Shown one piece after another: positions 1-9,372 of a stretch of 64,000 bases of DNA; positions within the stretch are counted from its first letter, which is position 1; each line of letters starts with the position of its first letter. The position numbers and the translations under genes are program-made. The DNA lies in the NCBI GenBank assembly GCA_963678065.2, contig CAXXVZ010000003.1:864001-928000 (forward strand). The letters run 5' to 3'. The notes under the pieces were generated by a model. The model ran no database searches. It had not been told where the DNA came from and saw only the letters and a program-made list of their open reading frames with translations. The DNA comes from Treponemataceae bacterium (GTDB taxonomy: Bacteria > Spirochaetota > Spirochaetia > Treponematales > Rectinemataceae).

Positions 1-217
1 TACTTTCTTGATATGAGGAGTCCAGCTTGGAAAGTGTTACCAGTATGCAATACCGAACTATAATAAGTCCAGAGACTACTATTCCAATATAACATAGAGG
101 GATAACAAGAAACTGAAAATAAGATAGAACAGCGATCGCAACGATCATTAATCCAGGCCCTGTGATTATTGCAATTGTTCTAACCCTAAGGCGTTTATGA
201 TTTTCATCTACTTCCAT
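1..217 (-). CDS. AT-rich small membrane protein, partial (runs off window); possible gene-cassette ORF
   Basis: ATG at 217 with GAGG RBS; hand translation MEVDENHKRLRVRTIAIITGPGLMIVAIAVLSYFQFLVIPLCYIGIVVSGLIIVRYC... is open to the window edge with two hydrophobic segments; lies downstream of GTTAGGC (322-316) on the - strand. Confidence 0.55.
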   Translation of the reverse strand, partial: MEVDENHKRLRVRTIAIITGPGLMIVAIAVLSYFQFLVIPLCYIGIVVSGLIIVRYCILVTLSKLDSSYQES

Positions 218-315
218 ATAAACCTTACCTCTTACATATATTAATTGTGTCTAATTTTTAATCTAATAATACATTGACTTATAGTATTATGGGACTTAAT
301 AAGCGCGAAGCGTCC

Positions 316-417
316 GCCTAACATTAGCATTCTATCCTGCGGAATCGCGCAACACACGATTCTCGATGCACTACAGGAGGGTGGCACACCGAGAATTCGA
401 TTCTGCAGGATAGAACG
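316..417 (-). other. attC-like recombination site, main part (remainder at 2930-2939)
   Basis: GCCTAAC (316-322; GTTAGGC on - strand) followed by imperfect palindrome CATTCTATCCTGCGGAATCG (328-347) / CGATTCTGCAGGATAGAACG (398-417); the complementary TTAGGC appears only after the inserted element (2934-2939). Confidence 0.6.
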
Positions 418-717
418 TGTTGCACTGAACCGTCGTCCCCTATGGGTACTGTATCAAGTCTTCACATCAAATTGAAGAACAATCCGGGGTTTCTCGGTAC
501 TACAAGGCGGGAAATGAGAGGAGACGCGCGTAACGGGACGATTTTTTTTATTAACGGGCATGTACACGGCAGTACGATTTTTATCCGTAAGCGTGATCAT
601 GGGCAATGCCTTATTCAGAGCAGTTTTTACCTGCCGGGAATTGTGAGGGGATGAAGGGAATACAGGCACAATGGGCGGATGTTCGGTGAAATTCGGACTC
701 AGGAGTCACACCCTCGT

Positions 718-1926
718 TCAGGCAAACACCGCCCTGTTCGGTTCCGGTCCATGGATTTCCCGCAGGAACGCAAGCCGCGATGTGAGCCAATGCGGCCCCG
801 ATGACGACACCCCGATCGGATGGTGAATGCTCAGAGGCAGTCCGCATCGCGGGCAGCGGGAAACGGCGCACGGTTCGACGCGGGGAGCCTCCATCGCGCT
901 CCCGTGTGCCGGGAATTCGTCGGTTTCAGGCCGGTTCGGGAGTGAATCGGACGAGGATGCGATGAGCGCACGCACGCGGACAAGGGAAGCGGTCCGGTCC
1001 CGGTTCCCCATGAAGCCGAAATAGCGGATCTTCCGCAGTCCTTTGGGCAGGATGTGCAGGGTGAACTTTCGGATGAACTCGTCACAGGACAGGCTCATCA
1101 CTCTTCTCGCATGCCCCGCGGCGCGGTCGATCCACGAAAAACTCACTCTCTCCTGAGTGGCACAGACGATGCGGGGTTCGCTGATGCCGACGCGATGCGT
1201 GTAGCGGCCCAAGTATTTGACCACCTGGCCGGGACCACCGAAGGGTGGCTTGGCATAGACGACGAAGTCCTTGCGAGCGGCAGCGCACACCGCATCGCGG
1301 AGCACCGATTCGTCGCCGCACAGGTCATGTCTGCCGATGGACTGCTCAAGACGGCTCAGGAGTTTGCCGCGAAACACCGCTGACAGGCGCTTGACCGAAA
1401 CGAGGTAGGTGGGGTTCCCCGCTATCCAGCGCGAGAAGTCGGACGAAATACCTCCTGTGGGTACGATACAATGGATGTGCGGGTGGAAAGCGAGCTTCTG
1501 GTTCCAGGTGTGGAGGATGGACATGCCGCCCACGCGGGCACCGAGGTTGGCGGGATTGGCGCAGACATCCTTAAGGGTTTCGTGGACCGAGAGGAAGAGC
1601 GCCCGGTAGAATGCGTGGCGGTTGGAAAGGGCAAGGTAGTGCAGTTCGTGGGGGACCGTGAAGACCACATGGAAGTACCCGCAGGGTAAGAGTTCGCCAA
1701 GGCGCGCGCGCACCCAGCGCGCACACGCGGCACCTTGGCAGAGCGGGCAATGCCGGTCACGACAGGAATTGTAGTGAACCTCGCGGTGCCCGCACTCGCA
1801 CGAAAGAACATTCCCTCCGAGTCGCTCCGTCTTGCAGTCGGCTATGTGAGAGAGGACGCTCCGTTCCTGACCGGTGAGCCAGGAGAGCGCCATCCCCCGC
1901 CGCGCTATGTCGCCTAGTGCGCTCAT
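718..1926 (-). CDS. IS91-family (Y2/HUH) transposase with N-terminal Zn-binding domain
   Basis: CECGH...NSCRDRHCPLCQ, YFHVVFTVP, HTW...HPHIHC (HUH), YLGRY (Y2); likely start MSALGD at 1926 overlaps the integrase stop (ATGA). Confidence 0.9.
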   Translation of the reverse strand: MSALGDIARRGMALSWLTGQERSVLSHIADCKTERLGGNVLSCECGHREVHYNSCRDRHCPLCQGAACARWVRARLGELLPCGYFHVVFTVPHELHYLALSNRHAFYRALFLSVHETLKDVCANPANLGARVGGMSILHTWNQKLAFHPHIHCIVPTGGISSDFSRWIAGNPTYLVSVKRLSAVFRGKLLSRLEQSIGRHDLCGDESVLRDAVCAAARKDFVVYAKPPFGGPGQVVKYLGRYTHRVGISEPRIVCATQERVSFSWIDRAAGHARRVMSLSCDEFIRKFTLHILPKGLRKIRYFGFMGNRDRTASLVRVRALIASSSDSLPNRPETDEFPAHGSAMEAPRVEPCAVSRCPRCGLPLSIHHPIGVSSSGPHWLTSRLAFLREIHGPEPNRAVFA

Positions 1927-2810
1927 CGGGGCTTTCCCGCGGAGTGCACACCTGGTGCCGGGAGATGGTCGAGGGGGTTGCGGACACTCTGGAGATGATG
2001 CGTCGCCACGTGCAGGTACACTTCCGTCGTCTGGATGGAGCTGTGACCGAGCATGGACTGGATGGTGCGCAGGTCGGTGTGGTCTTCGAGTAGGTGGGTT
2101 GCGAAGCAATGCCGGAGCGTGTGCGGCGAGATATGCTTCTCGATTCCGGCTTTTCGTGCGATAGCGGGGACCATCCTCTGGATACCACTCGGATCCAGCG
2201 GGCCATCGTTCTTGGCACCCGGGAAGAGCCAGGTTTTCGGCTTGACGAGGCACGAGCGATAATAGGCTCGCAATATCCCGAGGAGGTGGGAACTGAGCTG
2301 GACATGCCGATCCTTGCCACCTTTGCCTTGCCGGACGTGCACGAGCATCATCGTACTGTCGATGTCGGGTATCTGGAGCTTGACCAATTCGCCAAGGCGC
2401 AGGCCGGTGGAGTACAGCGTGGCGATGATCGCATAGTACTTGGGATTCAGCCGCGCGGTTTCCAGAAGAGCTGCTACCTCTTCTTTGGACAGTATGGACG
2501 GAAATCGCCTTCGTCTGCGCTGGAACGGAATGTGTTTGACCGTGAAATCGCAGGTGCGCACGTTCTTGAAATAGAACCTGAGGGCGCAGACCATCTGGTT
2601 GAAGAGAGACCAAGATACTTTTTCTTCATTGACGAGATGATACTGCCACTCCTGGATGTCGGCCGATGTGACACAGGCGATCGGCTTGTCAAGCTGTTCA
2701 AGGTACCGCTTGAGGACGGAGACATAGGTGCTGATGGTCTTGGTGGCGTAGTTGCGGATGACCAGCGCTTTGCGCATGGCTTCGAGTTCGAGTGCGAGTT
2801 CGTAGTGCAT
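1923..2810 (-). CDS. Tyrosine recombinase / phage integrase family
   Basis: N-terminal SAM-like region (RNYATKTISTY), YSTGLR, KGGKDR, HTLRHCFATHLLE, LGHSSIQTTEVY catalytic residues; GGAGGT RBS before ATG at 2810. Confidence 0.92.
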   Translation of the reverse strand: MHYELALELEAMRKALVIRNYATKTISTYVSVLKRYLEQLDKPIACVTSADIQEWQYHLVNEEKVSWSLFNQMVCALRFYFKNVRTCDFTVKHIPFQRRRRRFPSILSKEEVAALLETARLNPKYYAIIATLYSTGLRLGELVKLQIPDIDSTMMLVHVRQGKGGKDRHVQLSSHLLGILRAYYRSCLVKPKTWLFPGAKNDGPLDPSGIQRMVPAIARKAGIEKHISPHTLRHCFATHLLEDHTDLRTIQSMLGHSSIQTTEVYLHVATHHLQSVRNPLDHLPAPGVHSAGKPR

Positions 2811-3475
2811 TGGATACCTCCGGCGTGATGATGCCAGAAGTATCCGTGGTCTATGAATGTGCCCGAACCTCGCAAAAGGTAGGAATGAAAGCGAATCCTC
2901 CACCGCTGGTACAGCGGTTTAGTGCAACAATAATTAGGCTGATCCCTGTAAGTTTCGGTACACAGCTTTCCAGTCCCTATAAAATTCCCTGTTACTACTC
3001 ACTGCACTCTCACAACCTTTTTCTCGTCAATACTTTATAGCTCAGGCGTTATTGGTATGCGGTATTTTATGCGAATCCGCATAAGTCCCCTAATCCTCAA
3101 AAGGGATCCAGACACTATAGCTTCTCCTGTAGGACATCGCTAATGAACACTAGAGCTTCACCCAAGCCATACACATGTCTTTCCTAGCAGTAGCCTGATC
3201 ACTGGTCGATCGCTCCCTGACCGCGGCCGAAACACGCTGATCACCGTAAAGACAATCTGTAGGCTAGTATAACTTCTTTTTTCTTGAATGCAACCGAACT
3301 TGGTTATTTCTTTTGTTGGAACCTATTTGCAGTTGTGAAATACCGTTCCCCAGAGCCTGCTTTTCCCATGAAGATTATTTTGCGCAATCGATCACAACCC
3401 TCTGAGTCGGGAAAACAATGCATATTTCAGAGGTAGCCTCTTGTATACTTAATGTTTGTATAGTATGTATCGATT

Positions 3476-4279
3476 ATGGACGATCATGAGGAATCAGCCT
3501 GCGACATCCGCGTCGGGACGTCGGGGTACGACTATCTCGAGTGGCGAGGGGGCTTTTATCCGGAAGAGCTACCGCGAAAGGAATTCCTTCGCTTCTACAG
3601 CGGGATTTTCCGCACGGTGGAACTCAACTACACCTACTATCGGCAACCGAACGCCGAGAGTATGGCCACGTTGGCGAGGCAGACTCCGGCGACTCTGGAC
3701 TTCTCCGTCAAGGCGAACCAGAGCTTGACGCATGAGGTCAACGAAGGCTCGGTCGGCGAGGATATCAAGGCATTCCGGCAGGGCATCGAGCCATTGCACA
3801 AAGCGGGGAGGCTCTGCGCTGTGCTGATGAGTTTTCCCTTTTCGTTTCATTATCGCCCTCCGGAACGGACGTATCTTTCATGGCTACTCGGGGAACTTGA
3901 GGATCTCCCTCTGGTCGTCGAATTCCGCAGCATCGACTGGTATACGGCGCGGGTGATCGATGGGCTCAAAGAGCGACGGGTGGGAATCTGTACGGTGGAT
4001 GAGCCTCTCCTCCCCGGACTGCCGCCCGTGTCCGACCTCGTGACTTCCGACCTCGCCTATATCCGGTTTCACGGACGGAATGTGGAGACCTGGTGGTCGG
4101 GAGATTCCGCCACCCGGTATGACTATCTCTACTCCGAGTCCGAGCTGAAAGGCTGGAAACCGCGGATCGGCGCGATGATGGAACAGGCGAAAAAACTCCG
4201 TGTATTCTTCAACAACCATCGCTCTGGTCAAGCCACGACGAATGCACGCGACCTGCAGAGGCTCCTTACCGAGGTCTGA
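3476..4279 (+). CDS. DUF72 (YecE-like) protein
   Basis: IRVGTSGYDY.EW...FYP, TVELNYTYY, FSVKA, VVEFR..DW, YIRFHGRN, RYDYLYS, FFNNH motifs. Confidence 0.9.
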   Translation: MDDHEESACDIRVGTSGYDYLEWRGGFYPEELPRKEFLRFYSGIFRTVELNYTYYRQPNAESMATLARQTPATLDFSVKANQSLTHEVNEGSVGEDIKAFRQGIEPLHKAGRLCAVLMSFPFSFHYRPPERTYLSWLLGELEDLPLVVEFRSIDWYTARVIDGLKERRVGICTVDEPLLPGLPPVSDLVTSDLAYIRFHGRNVETWWSGDSATRYDYLYSESELKGWKPRIGAMMEQAKKLRVFFNNHRSGQATTNARDLQRLLTEV

Positions 4280-4280
4280 G

Positions 4281-5477
4281 ATGGCGTACGGAACGATTTT
4301 GCACGTCAACATGGTAGGCATCCTCGCGGCAGTAGAGGAAGGGCTCGACCGAGATCTCAAGGGAAGGCCCTTTGTCGTCGCCATGGCACAAGCGGCCCGA
4401 TCCTGCGTGCTCGACCTCTCGCCCTGTGCCTACCGCGAGGGGCTGCGGGCGGGAATGCCCCTCACACTTGCGCGGAACCTCGTTCCGGGCCTCTCTGTCC
4501 GCGCCCCTAACCTCAAGCTCTGTCAGATGGCCGATGAAATTCTGTTACGTGAAGCCCTCAGCTGTACTCCTCTCGTGGAGCGGGCTGGTGTCGGACACCT
4601 TTTTTTGGACCTTGCGGGCACAACCCGACTTTTGGGTCCCCCTGAGGATGCAGCCCAGCGGATTCGCACGCGCATTCTGAACAAAACCGGATTGCATCCG
4701 ACGCTGGCGCTCGCTTCGACGAAGACGGCGAGCAAGGTCGCCACCCGCGTGTTCCGTCCGGGCGGCTTTGTTGCACTCTCGTCGACGGATGAAAGCGCTC
4801 TTGTCCGAGGTCAACCGGTGAACCTCCTGCCAGGTGTCGGCCCAGTCCTTACTGCCCGACTGTGCACGCTCGATATCAACGATATCGGTGGGCTGGCCGA
4901 TCTTACTACGGAGGAAGCAGTCGCGATCGGCCCACGCGGGCCATTTCTTGTCTGTCGTGCACGCGGGAATGACAATTCGCCAGTGAATCCTGACCCGCCC
5001 GAACGGCGAGCGTTCCATGGGGTGGCACTCTACGAGCCGGACACAACCGACCCTGAGACCCTTCGCGTACGGCTCGCGGAAACTCTGTCGGAGCTCGCGT
5101 TTGCGCTTCGGAGATCCGGTAGTGGCACGCACCGGGTATGCATACAGGTTTACTACACCGACGGCTCCACGAGCGAGGCTTCAGGAAAATCAGGGCGCCT
5201 TTTGTCCCGCGACGACGAGCTTTACCGTCTCGCCCTAGAGACTCTTGTGCGAGCGAAAACGCGGCGTGTGAGGATCCGCCGTATCGGTATTGAACTCTCC
5301 CTTCTGGATTCGGCCGGCCCCGAACTTGATCTCTTTACGCCGATCGAAGGCAAGCGGACGCGCCTCCAGACGGCGGTAGACCGGGTACGGAGCCGGTATG
5401 GCCCCGGAGCCCTTGTTCCAGGCGCCCTGTACGCGCTCACGGGCCGCCAGCTCTCCGGGGCCGAGGCGCTGGCATGA
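4281..5477 (+). CDS. Y-family polymerase-like protein, catalytically degenerate (ImuB-like)
   Basis: DinB-like layout (LKGRPFVV, GLRAGMPL, LPGVGP) but HVNMVG replaces HxDMD and GVGHLFLD replaces SxDEAFLD; ELDLF clamp-binding-like motif. Confidence 0.8.
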   Translation: MAYGTILHVNMVGILAAVEEGLDRDLKGRPFVVAMAQAARSCVLDLSPCAYREGLRAGMPLTLARNLVPGLSVRAPNLKLCQMADEILLREALSCTPLVERAGVGHLFLDLAGTTRLLGPPEDAAQRIRTRILNKTGLHPTLALASTKTASKVATRVFRPGGFVALSSTDESALVRGQPVNLLPGVGPVLTARLCTLDINDIGGLADLTTEEAVAIGPRGPFLVCRARGNDNSPVNPDPPERRAFHGVALYEPDTTDPETLRVRLAETLSELAFALRRSGSGTHRVCIQVYYTDGSTSEASGKSGRLLSRDDELYRLALETLVRAKTRRVRIRRIGIELSLLDSAGPELDLFTPIEGKRTRLQTAVDRVRSRYGPGALVPGALYALTGRQLSGAEALA

Positions 5478-8398
5478 TCGCGCCGCTCTTTGTGCGCTCG
5501 GCGTACTCCTTTCACTGGGGGACGGCCATGCCCGCAGTACTCGCGAAGGCTGCCAAGAAAATGGGCTACGAATCGCTCGCCTTGACCGACCGGAACAGTG
5601 TCCATGGGATTCCTGTCTTTGAAGAAGCCTGCGGAAAAGAAGGGATCAAGCCCATTTTCGGCGCTGAACTACGGTATGAGGGGGGACGAAGCCTCCTCCT
5701 TGCTAGGACTCGGGCGGGGTTTTCGGCGATCTGCCGAATCCTGAGCCTGCGCTCGGAAGGAAGGCTCGATGCACGGGCGATACTATTGGGAAGGCAGGAA
5801 GGGCTTTCGGTCCTCACGGATGATGTAGAGTTTTTAGCGACGACATCGAGAAATCCGGAGCTCTACGCGCTGTTGACGCTAGGGAACCGGCGATACTGGA
5901 AAGCCTTGATCGCGACGGGGCAGGCTCCGATCGCGGCCCCAGAGGTTGTCTTTTTTTCACCTGAAGATCGGAAGATTCAGCGCCTTCTCGTCGCGATCGG
6001 GAGTAACCGATGCGTCGATGAGGTTCGGGAGGAGGAACTAGCCGGCCCTGAAGCTGTCGTGGTGGACCCAGAAGCGATGTGTCGGGAATTCGCCGGCGTG
6101 CCAGAAGCCCTGACAAACAACGAAAAGCTCTGTGAATCCGTAGAGATGCATACGCTCTTTGGCGGATGGGTCTTTCCTCATTATCCGACGGGGAACGGGG
6201 AGCGCGCGGCGGATCTGCTTCGGAAACGGGTGCTGATCGGCGCCTCGAAGCGGTATGGAAGTATCAAGCCGAAGATCCGGGAGCGGATCGACTACGAACT
6301 CAGGGTAATCGAAGAAAAGGGATTCTCTGATTATTTCTTGGTTGTGAAAGATATCGTGTCGGGTGCAAGCCGAAGCTGCGGGCGGGGAAGTGCGGCGGCG
6401 AGTGTTGTGTCCTACGCTCTAGGCATAACGGACGTGGATCCGATCCGCCACGGATTGTATTTTGAACGCTTTTTGAATCCGGGGCGAACGGATCCGCCTG
6501 ATATCGATGTGGACTTTGCCTGGGATGAGCGGGATGATCTCCTCGCGGGAGTAATCGCCGGCTTCGGCGAGGCCCATGCGGCACGCGTGGCAAACCATGT
6601 GTGTTTTCAACCCCGCTCGGCGTTGCGCGAGACGGCCCGCGCTTTGGGGCTGCCGGATGGGGAAATTTCAGCCTTTGAGCAAGCGCTGACCGCGGACCCT
6701 TTGAGGACCTGCGAGGATACCGACGCAACCTGGAAGGGAATCCTTCTGCTTTCGGAGTCACTTATCGGATTACCGCGTCACCTTGGCGTGCATTCCGGGG
6801 GGCTGATTGTGGTGCCGGATGCGCTGTGTGACCATGTGCCTCTCGAACGCACTGGCACCGGAATCCGGGTGACAGCCTGGGATAAAGAGGGGGTCGAGGC
6901 ATCTGGACTCATCAAAATTGATCTTTTGGGGAATCGGTCGTTGGCGGTGGTGCGGGATGCCTTGGCGAATCTAGAAGGCAATGGGAACGGGATCGATGAG
7001 GATTTGTGGAAGCCGATCGACGATGCGGCCACCGTGGAACTGCTGGCGCGCGGCGATTCGATGGGCGTTTTTTATGTTGAGTCCCCCGCCATGCGGATGT
7101 TACAGAAAAAGACGGGGAAAGGGGATTTTGAGCACCTTGTCATCCACTCATCAATAATCAGACCCGCTGCCAACAGGTTTATAAACGAGTATATCGACCG
7201 TCTGAAAGGGAAACCGTATATGCCCCTCCACCCGCGACTTTCGGGACAGCTTGCTGAGACCTATGGGATCATGTGCTACCAGGAGGATGTCTGCAAGGCG
7301 GCAATCGCGCTCGCGGATTTTTCTGCCATGGAGGCTGATAAACTCCGCAAGATTCTCTCCAAAAAGGATGTCGGGACCCGAATTGAGGCGTATCGATCGA
7401 AATTCTTCGAGGGCGCACGGGGGAATAACGTCGCGGAACGGACAATCGCGGAGGTATGGGCGATGATCGTGTCGTTTTCGGGGTACTCGTTTGTAAAGGC
7501 GCATAGTGCGAGCTACGCTATGCTCTCGTTCCGCTCGGCCTACCTTCGACGCCATCACCCAGCGGAATTTATGGCCTCAGTGCTGAGCAATCATGGGGGC
7601 TATTACTCTACCTTGGCCTATGTAAGCGAGAGTCGAAGGATGGGGTTGACCGTACGGCCTCCCGACGTAAACGCAAGCGAAACGCGCTGCATAGGCAGGG
7701 GGAATGAGATCCGGTTCGGGCTTTCGATGATCACATCGTTCGGGGAGGCAGCAGTCGTCGACATCCTTGAGGAACGGGCTGCCCGTGGGCCGTTTTCAAG
7801 CGTGGAGGATTTCTCCCGACGGGTCTCGCTCGATAGGACTGCGGCCGAAGCCCTCGTCGGATCCGGGGCTCTGGATTCACTGACGGGCGGTCCGTACCAT
7901 GCGGAAACGCTCATGCGCCTTCTGTGCGTTTACACGTCGGGCGAGAGTGACGGGCAACGGAGTGCAGAGTTGGCCTTCGACGAGGCACCTGTGGTGCGAG
8001 CGAAACAGAGAAGACCGGATTCTGTGAGAAAAATTCTTGAAGCCGAGATGCGTTATCTAGGGACAACGCTTGGAGCACACCCTCTCGAACTTTGGCCGCA
8101 GGCTCTATCCCGACCTCGGAGTCTCGCACGGGATCTTTCCAGGCTAAGGGGGAGAATCGTAGATCTAGTCGGCTGGCCGATCACTTCGAAACCGGTTTTA
8201 ACTGCTACCGAGGATGTAATGGAGTTTATCTCCTTCGAGGATGAGACCGCTCTGTACGAGACGGTTTTGTTTCCTGATGCGCTCCGGAGGTTCCGCCACC
8301 TGCTGTTCAGCGATGGGCCGTTGCTTGTACGAGGTCGCGTCGAGGAGGACCGGGGAGCGATTTCTGTAACCGTGATGGCTTTGGAACGTGTGCGGTGA
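5474..8398 (+). CDS. dnaE2: DNA polymerase III alpha subunit, accessory/error-prone type (DnaE2/ImuC-like)
   Basis: PHP domain (RSAYSF, LALTDRN), GRGSAAAS, FERFLN, PDIDVDF, KIDLLG, YSFVKAH, C-terminal OB fold (FISFEDETA); ATGA-coupled to the upstream gene. Confidence 0.85.
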   Translation: MIAPLFVRSAYSFHWGTAMPAVLAKAAKKMGYESLALTDRNSVHGIPVFEEACGKEGIKPIFGAELRYEGGRSLLLARTRAGFSAICRILSLRSEGRLDARAILLGRQEGLSVLTDDVEFLATTSRNPELYALLTLGNRRYWKALIATGQAPIAAPEVVFFSPEDRKIQRLLVAIGSNRCVDEVREEELAGPEAVVVDPEAMCREFAGVPEALTNNEKLCESVEMHTLFGGWVFPHYPTGNGERAADLLRKRVLIGASKRYGSIKPKIRERIDYELRVIEEKGFSDYFLVVKDIVSGASRSCGRGSAAASVVSYALGITDVDPIRHGLYFERFLNPGRTDPPDIDVDFAWDERDDLLAGVIAGFGEAHAARVANHVCFQPRSALRETARALGLPDGEISAFEQALTADPLRTCEDTDATWKGILLLSESLIGLPRHLGVHSGGLIVVPDALCDHVPLERTGTGIRVTAWDKEGVEASGLIKIDLLGNRSLAVVRDALANLEGNGNGIDEDLWKPIDDAATVELLARGDSMGVFYVESPAMRMLQKKTGKGDFEHLVIHSSIIRPAANRFINEYIDRLKGKPYMPLHPRLSGQLAETYGIMCYQEDVCKAAIALADFSAMEADKLRKILSKKDVGTRIEAYRSKFFEGARGNNVAERTIAEVWAMIVSFSGYSFVKAHSASYAMLSFRSAYLRRHHPAEFMASVLSNHGGYYSTLAYVSESRRMGLTVRPPDVNASETRCIGRGNEIRFGLSMITSFGEAAVVDILEERAARGPFSSVEDFSRRVSLDRTAAEALVGSGALDSLTGGPYHAETLMRLLCVYTSGESDGQRSAELAFDEAPVVRAKQRRPDSVRKILEAEMRYLGTTLGAHPLELWPQALSRPRSLARDLSRLRGRIVDLVGWPITSKPVLTATEDVMEFISFEDETALYETVLFPDALRRFRHLLFSDGPLLVRGRVEEDRGAISVTVMALERVR

Positions 8399-8734
8399 GG
8401 CTTTGTACGGTTGAGGCTCATGATCATTCTCTATCAGGCTATATCAGTATTACAAACACGATGCAGGAAATGTATAATTAATAATTTTTATATCATTTTT
8501 TGAAGCAAACGTGGACTTTCCGCACGATAGTATGTCGGAGGTACACGATGACCATCATCATTGTCTTCTTGCACACGAGATGCAGTCCGATTGTTTTTTC
8601 GGCGACCCGATCCTGTGCCGAGCGACGGCCGCCCTCCCCTTCCGAGTTCTTCTTTCACCCCGCTTTCCAGCCAAAGATTCTATCCGCTGCTGCTTGTATG
8701 AAAGCCCTCCCCTCTGTCGCCAGGCGGCGCGCAG

Positions 8735-8953
8735 GTGAGGGCTGAAACCCTGGAACGATACGCACAGAAGACTCGGTGTTTCCTGGCCAGCGAGCGCGGG
8801 CGGCGCGAGTATCGCTACGCCCGTTTCGTTGGCGGGATGTCCCATCTGCCGGCCCTGACGATGTGCGTCAGGATCGCAACCGGGATCGAAAGCTACGAAC
8901 GATTGTGCGCAATCGCCTATTATATGGATAAAACCAGAGACAAGGCGGCCTGA
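8735..8953 (+). CDS. Small hypothetical protein (phage/satellite-like)
   Basis: 72-aa ORF co-oriented upstream of the xis-like gene; weak RBS. Confidence 0.35.
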   Translation: MRAETLERYAQKTRCFLASERGRREYRYARFVGGMSHLPALTMCVRIATGIESYERLCAIAYYMDKTRDKAA

Positions 8954-9154
8954 ACCGAAAACCGCTTTTCCACACAATGCCGGGAACTCACAGCATACGG
9001 AAGGGATACCACGGATGACGCACGCGAATGCATTCACTTCACTTGCTCACTATCTGGATAAAAGATCTTATCACACAGCTTCATACTTCGTAACAATCGC
9101 TCTGGTCGTCGAAGCCAGCCGCATTGACCTTGTTTTTTCACGAAGCGAGGCGGC

Positions 9155-9346
9155 ATGAACGGCGTGGAAAAACAGTATTACTCAATCGAAGAGACCGCAC
9201 GGTATTTTGGTTGTTCCTCTCTGACCGTTCGCCGGTGGGTGAAAAAGAATCTCTTGCCATCGTTGAAATTGGGAGGGCGCCGTTTGATTCCGATTACGGC
9301 GCTATTACGGCTGCACGACCAGTTGTATGACAAAGAGGTCGCTTGA
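9155..9346 (+). CDS. Excisionase-family HTH DNA-binding protein
   Basis: YYSIEETARYFGCSSLTVRRWVKKNLLPSLKLGGRRLIP fits the xis/HTH_17 pattern; GAGG RBS. Confidence 0.85.
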   Translation: MNGVEKQYYSIEETARYFGCSSLTVRRWVKKNLLPSLKLGGRRLIPITALLRLHDQLYDKEVA

Positions 9347-9372
9347 CCCGTTCGACGATCACCGGAGACTGC

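Larger units (their letters stand above)
418..2929 (-). mobile_element. Tyrosine recombinase + IS91-like transposase element with terminal inverted repeats
   Basis: TIRs TGTTGCACTGAACCGTCGT (418-436) and revcomp TGTTGCACTAAACCGCTGT (2911-2929) enclose two coupled genes. Confidence 0.8.

Noticed and set aside
1927..2613. 229-codon N-terminal extension of the IS91-like transposase in the ORF track (possible Int-Tnp fusion frame)
   Set aside because: It overlaps the integrase in another frame and is Arg/Pro-rich with no motifs; the ATGA-coupled start at 1926 explains the gene, and I saw no slippery site.
1923..2810. Integron integrase (IntI) or the island's integrase
   Set aside because: No obvious IntI-specific insertion before the HxLRH box; it lies inside the TIR-bounded element and far from the tRNA att site.
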